From IMG/VR virus record IMGVR_UViG_3300028597_000007: a stretch of DNA of 64,000 nucleotides; one strand, written 5' to 3'. The translations under genes were made by a program, and so were the position numbers. Of the stretch, positions 36,892-46,961 are shown piece after piece. Under the pieces are notes generated by a model. That model searched no databases, was not told the origin of the DNA, and saw nothing but the letters and a program-made list of their open reading frames with translations. Positions within the stretch are counted from its first letter, which is position 1, and each line of letters starts with the position of its first letter. The DNA is from a virus.

Positions 36892-38715
36892 GTGTCTGAA
36901 ACTAACGTTGTTCGCAAACTGACTCTGGTCAATGCGATTGTCGGTCTGGTAAAAGCTACCGGCAACTTCAACCATTTCCTGGCTACCCCGCAAGGTACCA
37001 CGGCCATGGTCGATCACCTCAACGATACCCGCAAGTGGTGGCCCGACTACTCCACCTACTTCACCGATGCGCGTATCCGCATTCTGCTGGCGGTCTACGT
37101 GGCCAAGCGTTACTACCCAGAGCTGGCCGACGAGTACAAGGACAAATTGGGTAGTCAGCGCGTAGCTGGTGATGTGCTCAAATCCTGCCTGGCTCGCATG
37201 GGTGCCGACGTTACTGACGAGGCCGCGATTCCGCCGAACGTCAAGGATGTCTGGAATACCCAGGACTACTGGGACAAGGCCTGTAAGTTTGCCGATACCA
37301 TCCAGAACAAACGCAACGAAGCCTACAACCTGGAAGTCGAGCGCAAGAAGAACCCAGGTCACTTCAAGGTGGCCGGCAAATGGGTTCCTTATGGCTCCGT
37401 GTTCACCGACGGCCAGGGCCAGGAGATGGTTGTCATCAACCACACCGTGTTGCCTAAGGCGCTGGTGGAGTCTCGTGGCCAGGGCTTCGAAAACAGCCTG
37501 GCCGTTATGCCTCTGGAAAAGGCGCAGCCGGCGATCAACCGTATCAACGAGCTGGGCGGTAGCATGTTCGCTGCTATCTGTCGTGTGGGCTTCGCCGAGA
37601 TCGAGCAGTTGGTTGCCGAGTGCGGTGAGATCGATGTGCGCGACGTGGCAATGAAGCGGGACTATCTCGCTGATCCAGGTTCCGCTGGCGACATTGCAGC
37701 CGGTTTCACCGAGATTCGTCAGGTAGCCATGCTCGAAGAACTCACCGACGAACAGCTGGACGCCGTCAAGCCTGGTTGGGCTCTGGCTGAAGGTAAAACT
37801 CGCCGCGAGTCATTCGAATTGTTGTTCGAACCGCGCGGTGCGACTCTTCAATGGGTTGCTCAGGCAAAGCCAGAAATCCAAATGTGTGTTTCCAGCGGCG
37901 TTCTGCGGGTCAAGGATGTGGCGGGTGCCAAGCTGGTCATGGTTTTGCCTGAAGGTTTCTACGACGGGTGCACCAAGCTTGACAACGGCATCGATCGCAT
38001 CCTCGAAGAGATGGATGAGAATGCCGTTGTCGTACAGCACGCCAAAGACGCGATGATGATCGAGCGTGGTGGCGAGTGGTACACCAACTACGCCCACGAC
38101 CCAAAGGTACCTGCAGCTGATCGGGCCAAAGGCGGCTGGTTGGACCCATGGGACATCAACAACCCATACCGCGAAAATGCGCCAATGTTCGTGACCTGGG
38201 CTGAAGTTCACCTGCTCGACTCCAAGGAAGAAACCAGGGCGCGCTGCCAGCGCCACTGGCACGAATCCTCGATCGATGACGGTGAACTTCGCCCAGCGGT
38301 CGACGGTCGTTTCCCGCAGTTCGGTCAGTACGTCATCATTCGCCCAGAATCACCTGAGAAGTACAAGGCGATCTGTGACCGCCTGCGCCCTATCCGTCGG
38401 GCCATGGCTATGCTGAGCAAACCGGCTGATCCGTACTGGCCGAAAGAGCAGCAGCTCAAGCACTGGGTTGATCTGGGCTTTACTGAGGGCGAAGCATTGG
38501 ACCTACATCTGCGTTCCCGCTTGCTGCGCGGGGTCAACAAGCTGTTCAACGACCTGGGCTGGGACGAAGACAAGGTTGCAGAAGCGACCGGCTACGCCAA
38601 GCACGCGGTGGCAGACCTGCGCAAGGGCTACATCGAAATGTTCGAACTGGAAGAGCTGACTGAGTTGGATAAGAAGGTCCGTCAGTTGGTTGAAGAAAAC
38701 AAACAAGGGGAGTAA
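36892..38715 (+). CDS. 607-aa protein with possible C-terminal XRE-type HTH
   Basis: LFNDLGWDEDKVAEATGYAKHAVADLRKG. Confidence 0.7.
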   Translation: MSETNVVRKLTLVNAIVGLVKATGNFNHFLATPQGTTAMVDHLNDTRKWWPDYSTYFTDARIRILLAVYVAKRYYPELADEYKDKLGSQRVAGDVLKSCLARMGADVTDEAAIPPNVKDVWNTQDYWDKACKFADTIQNKRNEAYNLEVERKKNPGHFKVAGKWVPYGSVFTDGQGQEMVVINHTVLPKALVESRGQGFENSLAVMPLEKAQPAINRINELGGSMFAAICRVGFAEIEQLVAECGEIDVRDVAMKRDYLADPGSAGDIAAGFTEIRQVAMLEELTDEQLDAVKPGWALAEGKTRRESFELLFEPRGATLQWVAQAKPEIQMCVSSGVLRVKDVAGAKLVMVLPEGFYDGCTKLDNGIDRILEEMDENAVVVQHAKDAMMIERGGEWYTNYAHDPKVPAADRAKGGWLDPWDINNPYRENAPMFVTWAEVHLLDSKEETRARCQRHWHESSIDDGELRPAVDGRFPQFGQYVIIRPESPEKYKAICDRLRPIRRAMAMLSKPADPYWPKEQQLKHWVDLGFTEGEALDLHLRSRLLRGVNKLFNDLGWDEDKVAEATGYAKHAVADLRKGYIEMFELEELTELDKKVRQLVEENKQGE

Positions 38716-38718
38716 GCA

Positions 38719-39408
38719 GTGTCAAAGGCAAAGAAGTTCTTTGCGGAGGCAGCCGTGCAAGCGGCTGCTGCTAAAAAGGCCAAGGAAGAAGCAGAGATCG
38801 CTGAAGCCAAGCGCATCGCTGCAGAGGAGCGTGAAGCATGGCGGGAGAAGACCCGTCAAGACCCACTCAGCACGCTGGACACTTTGTTGATTCTGGCGTT
38901 GATGGAAAAGTTCCACGGCCAGGTCGGTATCACTGGCAAACCCAAGCGGTTCCTGGAAAAGGTGTGGGATCTTAAGGACCGGGTAAAGGTGGCTGTCGTG
39001 GCTACCGTGCTCGACCCGATCTATCGCGCACCTTTCCCGTTCAAGGTACTCACCCAGATGACCGAGCACTACGTCACTCTGGACGAGACCACGCAACAAT
39101 TTGTGGAAGATGGCTATCAGGGCCTGCTGATCCACGAAGGACTTATCTACCCGGTCAAGCTGTACGCCGAAGATAAGGAAGCGCATACCTGGGGCAAGGA
39201 AAACGAAGTCCAGTTGATGCGCATGGCCGCACATGTTGCATGTGCGGCTTTCGACATCCCCACCATTCAGTGTCACGTACTGTTCTTCATGCAATCTGGA
39301 TTCTCACATCGCATGGGCTCGGTAGGACACCGCGCGGTGGATATCAAGGAGGCCTTCCCTGATCAGGACGAGGCCAATGTAGTCAAGACTATTCGAGTGG
39401 TTGGATAA
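38719..39408 (+). CDS. hypothetical protein
   Basis: GTG start behind ggggag. Confidence 0.7.
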   Translation: MSKAKKFFAEAAVQAAAAKKAKEEAEIAEAKRIAAEEREAWREKTRQDPLSTLDTLLILALMEKFHGQVGITGKPKRFLEKVWDLKDRVKVAVVATVLDPIYRAPFPFKVLTQMTEHYVTLDETTQQFVEDGYQGLLIHEGLIYPVKLYAEDKEAHTWGKENEVQLMRMAAHVACAAFDIPTIQCHVLFFMQSGFSHRMGSVGHRAVDIKEAFPDQDEANVVKTIRVVG

Positions 39409-39842
39409 TGGCAAAAATCATCTGTGCGTTTCATGGTACCGGACGTGTTCGGCTGTTCCACCATCTGCGCCAGAAGAAGGGCATGGACGTGGTGCTGGTT
39501 GGTGCTGGTTTCACCGACGCTGCATCGCTTCTTTGTGAGTACGGCAATGCCGATGTCATTATTGCTCCGGCAACTCCAGAACTGGTCGATAGCCTCGATC
39601 TGATCTGCGAGGACTTTGATCTGGTATACCCAGACCCTATGCTTTCGCCCAGTATGTTTACCACGGCAATGGCATTGGACGGCATGCAGTTGCAACAGAT
39701 CCACCGCGCCATCCACAACTGGCGTACGGATCTGCAAAAGCTACAAACGTTCCGCGATACCAATGTAAATCACATCGTTCTCGACGAGGGTCAAACCTTG
39801 CTCGACACCCATGGGATCAATAAAGATGAACAACGTAGTTGA
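39408..39842 (+). CDS. hypothetical protein
   Basis: TAATG coupling. Confidence 0.6.
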   Translation: MAKIICAFHGTGRVRLFHHLRQKKGMDVVLVGAGFTDAASLLCEYGNADVIIAPATPELVDSLDLICEDFDLVYPDPMLSPSMFTTAMALDGMQLQQIHRAIHNWRTDLQKLQTFRDTNVNHIVLDEGQTLLDTHGINKDEQRS

Positions 39843-40482
39843 AATACGCGAAGGGGTGCTTCACCAACAAGCGCGCCACTCGCCAAGCAAGTTGAAGGGG
39901 TTCTATCGGGCCCTTTGCAGAAGTCACGCAGCTGCCCGTGATGGCGGCTGGTCCTCGGCAGCCATGCTGTCTGCATCCATCGTGAATGAGATGCTGACCA
40001 AAGGCAGTCGATTGTGGTGGGACCTGATTGATCTGGAGTTCGGATCTCTCGCGTCTCCCGATAGTACGCGTGACGAGATTGGTTTCCGCACGCAAGCAGG
40101 CTGGGTATGCACAGGCACGCCTAGTCAGCCATTCATGATTGTCATGGCCATTCAACAACAGAATGGAATCCGTCCTGACATCACACAGAACCTGTTCCCC
40201 GAGGAGGTGGACGCCAGGTTGGCTGAAATGCTATCTGACCGGGATTTCCCGTCGGGTGGCCTGGAGCCCATGATCTCGAATCTGGGCACTGCCGCATTGT
40301 CGGCGAACCTGAAGGTAGAATCTCTGGAGGATAAGAACTCCTACATTCTGCTCAAGCTGCAAGATCCAAACGAACACGGCGGGTACACCAAATACACTGT
40401 ACACGTCTATCCCGATGCTCTGCTCAAAGACATCGATCTCATTAAAGCATCTCTTGCTACTCAGGAAGGAACCAAGCAATGA
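39826..40482 (+). CDS. hypothetical protein
   Basis: coupled ORF. Confidence 0.6.
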   Translation: MNNVVEIREGVLHQQARHSPSKLKGFYRALCRSHAAARDGGWSSAAMLSASIVNEMLTKGSRLWWDLIDLEFGSLASPDSTRDEIGFRTQAGWVCTGTPSQPFMIVMAIQQQNGIRPDITQNLFPEEVDARLAEMLSDRDFPSGGLEPMISNLGTAALSANLKVESLEDKNSYILLKLQDPNEHGGYTKYTVHVYPDALLKDIDLIKASLATQEGTKQ

Positions 40483-40763
40483 TCAGCGTCAACCAACTGC
40501 AGGCTGAAATTCGTGAAGTCGAAGGTGTGGATGTAGTTGTCCACTCCGCCAAGCCTGGTGAGTTGTTCGAGTCTTACAAAACCAAATGGCCAAAAGGTCT
40601 GTCCAACGAGCGCACCCTGTCGGCGTTCAAGCGTCGCCTTGAGCACTGCCTGCGTGGGCACAGCTACGGCATTCTGAAAGCCGATGGCAACAAGACTCAA
40701 GGCGCTGGCAACATCTACATGTCCACCATTCGTGGTGTGGAAGTAGAGAAGGCCGAGGCATAA
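40479..40763 (+). CDS. small protein, probable paralog of 48060-48353
   Basis: shared pattern, see findings. Confidence 0.6.
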   Translation: MISVNQLQAEIREVEGVDVVVHSAKPGELFESYKTKWPKGLSNERTLSAFKRRLEHCLRGHSYGILKADGNKTQGAGNIYMSTIRGVEVEKAEA

Positions 40764-40804
40764 AGGCCCTGCCCCCTGCCTTCGGGCAGGGGGCTAGCCT
40801 ATGC
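40757..40804. terminator. GCATA/TATGC-family hairpin with T-tract
   Basis: gccccctgcc-ttcg-ggcagggggc then tatgctttttctttttg. Confidence 0.8.
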
Positions 40805-40831
40805 TTTTTCTTTTTGTTTCAACCAATATTC

Positions 40832-40853
40832 AAACCTGAATTATCCCTTTGAA
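40832..40853 (+). promoter_or_regulatory. phage promoter-like motif
   Basis: aaacctgaattatccctttgaa. Confidence 0.6.
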
Positions 40854-40878
40854 TCTAACCCGCGTAATGGAGTTACAC

Positions 40879-41160
40879 ATGTTCAAGTTTATCGTCGTAG
40901 CAGTTCTCGGGATGGTCTCTCAGGGCGCTATGGCTACGAGTCAATTGCAGCAAGAGCAACCTGATCCAATCGTCAAGATGATCCAAGCCGCCAAGGATCA
41001 AGGCCTCGCTGTAGCCCAGTGTCGCTATGGGCTGTGTCGCGATACAGAAGACGGTGATTATGTAGTCATCGACGGCTACGACAAGGACGGCTATTACGCC
41101 TATGATCCTTCCGTGGCCACCCCATCAGACGGCTTTGATTCAAACATGGTTGAAAACTAA
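40879..41160 (+). CDS. small secreted protein
   Basis: signal-peptide-like MFKFIVVAVLGMVSQGAMA. Confidence 0.6.
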   Translation: MFKFIVVAVLGMVSQGAMATSQLQQEQPDPIVKMIQAAKDQGLAVAQCRYGLCRDTEDGDYVVIDGYDKDGYYAYDPSVATPSDGFDSNMVEN

Positions 41161-41174
41161 ACCATCTAGGTGAG
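41153..41174 (+). promoter_or_regulatory. phage promoter-like motif (variant)
   Basis: aaaactaaaccatctaggtgag. Confidence 0.45.
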
Positions 41175-41213
41175 CCGTTGTTGCATTAAACTACTTCTCC
41201 AGAGAACGACAAA

Positions 41214-42254
41214 ATGGAAGCAAGTGTATTCAAGCGCCGCTTGAAAGGCACCCAACGGATGTACCGTGAGGAATCATCTGCTTGGATGGAAATGGGCATG
41301 GACAACATTGCCCGAACGGATGTCCTGCGACTGTTGGGCGTCACTGAAGATGGCAGCGACATTGTGCGAGCGATGCGTGGTCAGTTCGATAACGTCCTGC
41401 ATCACTATCAGAAGTATGGGCGCCATTACCTACCGTGGACCAAGCCTGAGCTTAATCCATACTTCGGTTGGTTGTTGACCCTGTGCTACATCGTTATTAC
41501 CCGCGCGCGCATGCATCCTCGGGCACTGCCACCGTTCCTGGTAAAGGTCACTCGTGACCCGCACCTGGTTATGCGAGTGTCGTACAAGATCCTCAACTTC
41601 ATCCACGACCATACACAGTGGAGCCGAGGTGAGGAGTGGGTACAGGGGCTGTTGCAAGACATGAACATGCCATACAACCCTATCGGCGTCTGGCGCGAAT
41701 CGGACGACATTCTCGCGGTAGCCAACCTCATTGGTTGCCGTAAGTGGGAAAAGCTCGGCGTTGGCAGTATCTGGCGGCTACAGGACTTCTACGAGAAGAA
41801 CCCTGACCCTCAGATCGATGCATTCTCCCTGGACCCTGAGATTGGTGGGGTGTTGCCGGAGGATGAGCGTGAAGAGTTCTTGATGGCTTACGCGTTCAAT
41901 GCGATCTCTGCCGAGACTCGTCGCCCGCTGTACCTGACCATGCCTTTCTCTGTGGACATGCAACTCAACATCATGCGTGCGGTGTTGATCACTAACAAGT
42001 GCATTACGCTGGAAGGCCTTATCATGCCGGACACCGATGAGCTGATCCAAGAGCTTATCCGGTACATGCAAGTCATGCGCACCGAACCCATCCCGCAGCC
42101 TCGTGCCGTGGAGTTAAGCAAGCGCATGTATGAGCGCTTTGGGTTCAACCTTCTGACAGACCAGAACGATATGGAGCAAATGCGGATCTTCCAAGTTTGC
42201 TCTATCTTCGCACTCTGCCTTGCCCCAGAAGGCGAGTCCAACCTGCTTAACTGA
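41214..42254 (+). CDS. hypothetical protein
   Basis: 346-aa ORF. Confidence 0.7.
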   Translation: MEASVFKRRLKGTQRMYREESSAWMEMGMDNIARTDVLRLLGVTEDGSDIVRAMRGQFDNVLHHYQKYGRHYLPWTKPELNPYFGWLLTLCYIVITRARMHPRALPPFLVKVTRDPHLVMRVSYKILNFIHDHTQWSRGEEWVQGLLQDMNMPYNPIGVWRESDDILAVANLIGCRKWEKLGVGSIWRLQDFYEKNPDPQIDAFSLDPEIGGVLPEDEREEFLMAYAFNAISAETRRPLYLTMPFSVDMQLNIMRAVLITNKCITLEGLIMPDTDELIQELIRYMQVMRTEPIPQPRAVELSKRMYERFGFNLLTDQNDMEQMRIFQVCSIFALCLAPEGESNLLN

Positions 42255-42266
42255 AGGAGCAACCCC

Positions 42267-42692
42267 ATGGCAAACGTACATCTCGGCCAGCCGCCTAGTC
42301 CTGAAACCCTCCTAGCTGGTGGGTCCATTGACGTGGCAATTGTGGAAACTGGAGTGGAGCAGGTAGCCTTACTGCATCGACGTCCTCCGACGATGAACGA
42401 AACACTGCAAATCCATGCAACCATGGCTGATCATCGCGTATCCCATACGCAGTGCCCGTTTTCAGTTGTCGTGATCGAACCTGCATCCTACGCCAACCTT
42501 TTGGCTTATGGTGTGATTGACACTGAATACAACATTAGCTCGGACACGGGCTACTTGGTGTTCATCGAGAACCTGAACGAACCGACGAAGTTCGAAAGGC
42601 TTCTACCCAACGATGAGCGGGTACTTAACCACATAGGAGTGGTCAGGCACTCTGTGTCTGGCCGAACAGACAATGGCAAAAAAGAAGACTGA
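42267..42692 (+). CDS. hypothetical protein
   Basis: aaggag RBS. Confidence 0.6.
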   Translation: MANVHLGQPPSPETLLAGGSIDVAIVETGVEQVALLHRRPPTMNETLQIHATMADHRVSHTQCPFSVVVIEPASYANLLAYGVIDTEYNISSDTGYLVFIENLNEPTKFERLLPNDERVLNHIGVVRHSVSGRTDNGKKED

Positions 42693-43185
42693 AATCTTCT
42701 ACACTTCCTGCATGGGGCAGGGTAGTGCTGAGTTCTCCTTGGTCGAGGGTTTCTTCGGCCGAGGAGTTTATGTGGGCAGGCGGAAGTTGGCTGATGAGAA
42801 TCAGTTGGCTCTCTACCATGAACAACTCAAAGCGGCACACATGACCATCCCCAGTGGCACTGTCTATGTCACGGTCATGGAGCCTTTCCGCATGGGTGAC
42901 CTTATCAACAACGGCAGTGTACTGGCGAAGGAATTGTTCCTCGCCATGCAGAGCCATCTGGAAGCGGACTACCACAAACGTAAGCCGGTACCCAGCGCCA
43001 ATATCTGTTACGTGGGGAAGGACTTTGCTGGTCGCCTGGACAAAGTCCGTCCTCTACTCAATGGGTTTGATCGAGCGATTATTCGTGAGGGCATTGCGGA
43101 CACGCTGCTCGACAACCTGCCTGTGAATGCTCGTCATGTGTTCAACCGCTACGAGCTTCAACAACTAAGGGACATAAGGGGTTAA
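42673..43185 (+). CDS. hypothetical protein
   Basis: ORF packing. Confidence 0.6.
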   Translation: MAKKKTEIFYTSCMGQGSAEFSLVEGFFGRGVYVGRRKLADENQLALYHEQLKAAHMTIPSGTVYVTVMEPFRMGDLINNGSVLAKELFLAMQSHLEADYHKRKPVPSANICYVGKDFAGRLDKVRPLLNGFDRAIIREGIADTLLDNLPVNARHVFNRYELQQLRDIRG

Positions 43186-43187
43186 GT

Positions 43188-44354
43188 GTGAAACAAGCCG
43201 AATACCTGAGTACCGTTCTGGGACCCAAGTACAAACTGACCACATTCGAAGTTGACACCATGGCGGCAGCCTTGGCGGAAATCTACCGCACTGGTTTCCG
43301 CATGAAACTGGACGGCGCTCCATTGCTGTGGGACTTCGATACCTTTACCGATGACGAGATCTACGAGGTGGTTCGTCAAGGTATCAACTACTGGGGCCTG
43401 CTGTCGCGCCTGGGTCACACCGCCGACCCAGTAGGCGTCTTCCATACCCTGCGCATGTTCATGACCAAGGGCGATGCACCGAGCGACCTGCGCAAGGTTG
43501 CCATGGTGCTACTGACCGAGTGGTCTGAAGGCGTGGTTTTGGAAGAGCGTTCTCGCCAGATCGCCCCGCAAGAATCCGACGAAGCGCCAGTGCGTAAGCG
43601 CCTGTCTGACCTGGCCATGGGCATGGAGGTCGAACACGAGGGCTGGCTGGCCACTGGCAAGTACCCGCTGCAGGTGCCCAACGAAAACGGCGTCGGTAGC
43701 GAGACCACCATCATCGACCTGGACCAGCCCTTCGACGAAGAGAAGCTGCCTGCTGCCCTGAGCATTGCTCGTCTGATGCGCGCCGCCTGGAACGCAGAGA
43801 AGGGCATCGTTGAACCAATGCGCGTCGAGGCCATGGTCGAGCTGCTGGCTGGCCTGTTCCATGCCGAGCGCGTCATGTTCGAGCAGAAGATCAACGAAGC
43901 GCAAAGCAGTCGCAGTGAAGCCAGCAGTCTCTGGCCGAAACACGAGGGTCACTGGATCTTTGATCAGCAGGTATCTGTTCTGCAACCTGGCTTGAAGATG
44001 GCCCACGACCACCCGAACCGCATGGAAGTGGAAGCCGCCGTCAACCGCGCTGCTCGCTTTGCGGTATCTCGTGCCAGTGGCATGGGTACCAGCCGCATCT
44101 TCAACATCGAAGGCTTCGTCCACAACGTGGCTCTCGGTCTGTTGGGCGATGGTCAGGATGGTGAGAACTTCGACATCGGCGAGATGTTCGGCCGTTCCGA
44201 GGTTCACCTCCCCTGCACTCGCCAGCACGTCGATGATGTCGGAACTACCCTGCCACAAGTCGGCGATCAACTCAACGCCGTAGCACAAGAAGCAAATGCT
44301 CCAGCGCGTAAACCACGTACGCGTAAACCTGCTGTACAACCAACCGCCAAGTAA
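43188..44354 (+). CDS. hypothetical protein
   Basis: 388-aa ORF followed by hairpin 44363-44395. Confidence 0.75.
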   Translation: MKQAEYLSTVLGPKYKLTTFEVDTMAAALAEIYRTGFRMKLDGAPLLWDFDTFTDDEIYEVVRQGINYWGLLSRLGHTADPVGVFHTLRMFMTKGDAPSDLRKVAMVLLTEWSEGVVLEERSRQIAPQESDEAPVRKRLSDLAMGMEVEHEGWLATGKYPLQVPNENGVGSETTIIDLDQPFDEEKLPAALSIARLMRAAWNAEKGIVEPMRVEAMVELLAGLFHAERVMFEQKINEAQSSRSEASSLWPKHEGHWIFDQQVSVLQPGLKMAHDHPNRMEVEAAVNRAARFAVSRASGMGTSRIFNIEGFVHNVALGLLGDGQDGENFDIGEMFGRSEVHLPCTRQHVDDVGTTLPQVGDQLNAVAQEANAPARKPRTRKPAVQPTAK

Positions 44355-44408
44355 ATGCGTCTGGCCTGCTCCCTCACGGGAGTGGGCCTTATGCCATCGG
44401 AGAGAATC

Positions 44409-45707
44409 ATGGATCGTCCAGAAGCATTTCAAACCAACATCATCACTGGTCTGTACCTGTTCCAGATGCTGTATCGCCAACAGCTCAACGACCACCCAGA
44501 CCTTGACAATGGTATCGAACTGGCCCTGTCCAGTGATATCGATACGTCCGATCAAAAGGACATTGACAACGTCGCCATTCACACACTGGACATGGCGCGC
44601 ACTCAGCTGGGCCTGCAACAGATCCTGCGCCTGACCACCGGATTGTTCAACATGTCCGTTCTCAAAGTCCTGGCCGAGCAGATCGTGGAGCACGAACAGG
44701 AGATCAATTGGGACGCAGTGGGTGACAACATCCCAGTGTTGGCCGATCTCTACCACCTGAACGGCATGTTCCGTCCTTACCTCGACTGCGATCTGGGACG
44801 CGTTCGCGGTGACAGTGTTCGTAAGGCCATGATGGAATTGCCTAAGCTGCTGGATTCGGTGGTGTGGGGTGGCTACTTCTCCACCAACTCCGACTACACT
44901 TACATGCTGGTGTGGAAGGAACACTTCCCCACCTGGACTGGTTTGCAAAAGACACTGCAGGAGGCCGGTTGTCACCCGCGTGATGATGACCACAACTCCA
45001 ATGCAGTAGAGAACCTCATGAACGGCGACACTGCCGTCTTCGAGGCTTTCTGTTATCTCCACAGCCTCACCGTCGACCAAGCTCGGCATTGGGAAGACAT
45101 GGTTGTTGGTTGGGGTCACACTGACCGCAAGGGCTCCGTTGATCGGGCTATCCGCATCAAGACCCCAGAGTCAATTGATCTGCTCATGGCAGGTGCACTG
45201 TCGGCAGGCTTCCCCGTTCACGACCGTGAAGCCGAGTCCCCATACGCTGACCTGATCATGCAGATCAATGGGTTCATCAATTTCATTGAACGCCAACGGG
45301 TCAACTTGATGATCGAAGGCCTAGCGCCGATCCTTTACATGGAACTGACCAACGCAGACACCTCGCGTTACAAGTCCCAGAAGTGGCGCGGGGTACCAGT
45401 CAGTCCAGGCCACTTGGCGACTATGAACTACCTGGACGATAACGTTGATGTGGATCTGATCCCCATTCTCAAACTGCGTGCCTCCAAGTACGCCAACCGC
45501 AATACCAGCAACAACTACACCGTCAGCCTTCACGGCGAAAACTATACCGGGGAGCCTAGTTCCGAGGAAGAGTTCTTCCGCGAAGGCGGTGAGATCGCAG
45601 CACGTCGTAGTAACCGGCGCCCGTCGGCCAACCGCGTGATCTACCTGGTTGACCAACTCTGTGAAATCATCCACAACGACTTCACTCGTCTGGGTTACTT
45701 CAGCTAA
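44409..45707 (+). CDS. hypothetical protein
   Basis: ggagag RBS before MDRPE. Confidence 0.75.
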   Translation: MDRPEAFQTNIITGLYLFQMLYRQQLNDHPDLDNGIELALSSDIDTSDQKDIDNVAIHTLDMARTQLGLQQILRLTTGLFNMSVLKVLAEQIVEHEQEINWDAVGDNIPVLADLYHLNGMFRPYLDCDLGRVRGDSVRKAMMELPKLLDSVVWGGYFSTNSDYTYMLVWKEHFPTWTGLQKTLQEAGCHPRDDDHNSNAVENLMNGDTAVFEAFCYLHSLTVDQARHWEDMVVGWGHTDRKGSVDRAIRIKTPESIDLLMAGALSAGFPVHDREAESPYADLIMQINGFINFIERQRVNLMIEGLAPILYMELTNADTSRYKSQKWRGVPVSPGHLATMNYLDDNVDVDLIPILKLRASKYANRNTSNNYTVSLHGENYTGEPSSEEEFFREGGEIAARRSNRRPSANRVIYLVDQLCEIIHNDFTRLGYFS

Positions 45708-45708
45708 C

Positions 45709-45742
45709 GGCATAGCCTCCCCTGCCTTGCGGCAGGGGAGGC
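45709..45742. terminator. GCATA-family hairpin between convergent genes
   Basis: ggcata-gcctcccctgcc-ttgc-ggcaggggaggc. Confidence 0.8.
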
Positions 45743-45747
45743 CACTG

Positions 45748-46065
45748 TCACGCGTTTTCTTTTTGTTCCGGGGCGTAATAGATCGCCATCAACACACGGC
45801 CTTCCTGCCCCTGGCACTGGACGTCAGGGATACGTTCGGCAGTGTAGCCAGTGGATACATGCAGACCCATCTTGGCGTGTTCGGATGAGCAAGAGATAAC
45901 CATGGCTTCCTTAAGCGCACCTGGCTTCTTGTTGTCCAGGTGGCAGGTTACCCGGTACAGGCTGTTTGGACGCTTGGGCTTGGCCGGAGGTGTGTTAAAA
46001 TCTGGATGGCATTCCACTTCTGAGTTTTCCTTGGACTTCTGACGGGGGTGTTGGTACGGGTGCAT
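45748..46065 (-). CDS. hypothetical protein
   Basis: TAATG coupling on minus strand. Confidence 0.5.
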   Translation of the reverse strand: MHPYQHPRQKSKENSEVECHPDFNTPPAKPKRPNSLYRVTCHLDNKKPGALKEAMVISCSSEHAKMGLHVSTGYTAERIPDVQCQGQEGRVLMAIYYAPEQKENA

Positions 46066-46307
46066 TAGTGCTTCTCCAACTTTGCCTTGACCAACGTCAA
46101 GTGTTCACAACGAGCGGTCAACGCGTACCCGCCACCATCGTAACGGTGGTCGAAGGAAACAACGGATGGATAGCTGGTTGGGTATCCGCAGCAGTGGTCA
46201 ACATCAGTTGCCCCTTTCAGGTAATGTCTGGTGGCCTGCTTAAACCCGGCTTGGGTGCGGACCACGTAGACAGACCCGAAGATGTGTTCAAAGTTTGGAT
46301 GGCTCAT
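46065..46307 (-). CDS. hypothetical protein
   Basis: aaggagg RBS. Confidence 0.6.
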   Translation of the reverse strand: MSHPNFEHIFGSVYVVRTQAGFKQATRHYLKGATDVDHCCGYPTSYPSVVSFDHRYDGGGYALTARCEHLTLVKAKLEKH

Positions 46308-46316
46308 GGTGCCTCC

Positions 46317-46961
46317 TTAGCAGAGCTGTATGCTATCTCGCTTAAGTTCCATTGGTGCCCGTGGCTCGATACCGGAACATGGCTGACCGGTCAGATCGGC
46401 AAAGAACTGAGGATACGCTTTGTGCTTGATGTCTTCCAGAACAGCTCGGGCCATCCCGCCGGAATGACCAACCGAATAGACCAGGCTGATCACCGATGGG
46501 AACTCAGACGGAAGGGAACTTTGAACCACGTCGCTCACATTGGCCCAATTGCCGAAGCCCAGCTCTTCCACAGCGTGGTCGATCGCGTTCATTACTGCGT
46601 CTGGCGAGAGTACGATGTAGGTCGAGTCAACCACCTGCAGGAAGCCATCTTTCCAGTTGCGGATGGGGGCAACCACTGGTGTTGGCTGATATTCCAATTC
46701 AGCCAGACGGTTGTCGCCATGTGCATTCGGGTTGGTCTCCCGCAGAACGAACACGGTGTTGTTGAGATTAGGGCGATTCATCTCCAGATCGCTACCTACC
46801 AGGTTACGCTCTTCAGCGAGGTCGCGACTGACTACCTGGACTGTGGGACCGTATGCTGCTTTGAGTCCCTGTTCGATACTTGCAAGCACATGGCTCTTGC
46901 CAGTGCCGACTTCGCCTTCTACTGTGATTTCAAGAACCTTGGTTTGCATTGCATTCTCCAA
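46317..46961 (-). CDS. protein with small N-terminal P-loop-like domain
   Basis: ITVEGEVGTGKS. Confidence 0.6.
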   Translation of the reverse strand: MENAMQTKVLEITVEGEVGTGKSHVLASIEQGLKAAYGPTVQVVSRDLAEERNLVGSDLEMNRPNLNNTVFVLRETNPNAHGDNRLAELEYQPTPVVAPIRNWKDGFLQVVDSTYIVLSPDAVMNAIDHAVEELGFGNWANVSDVVQSSLPSEFPSVISLVYSVGHSGGMARAVLEDIKHKAYPQFFADLTGQPCSGIEPRAPMELKRDSIQLC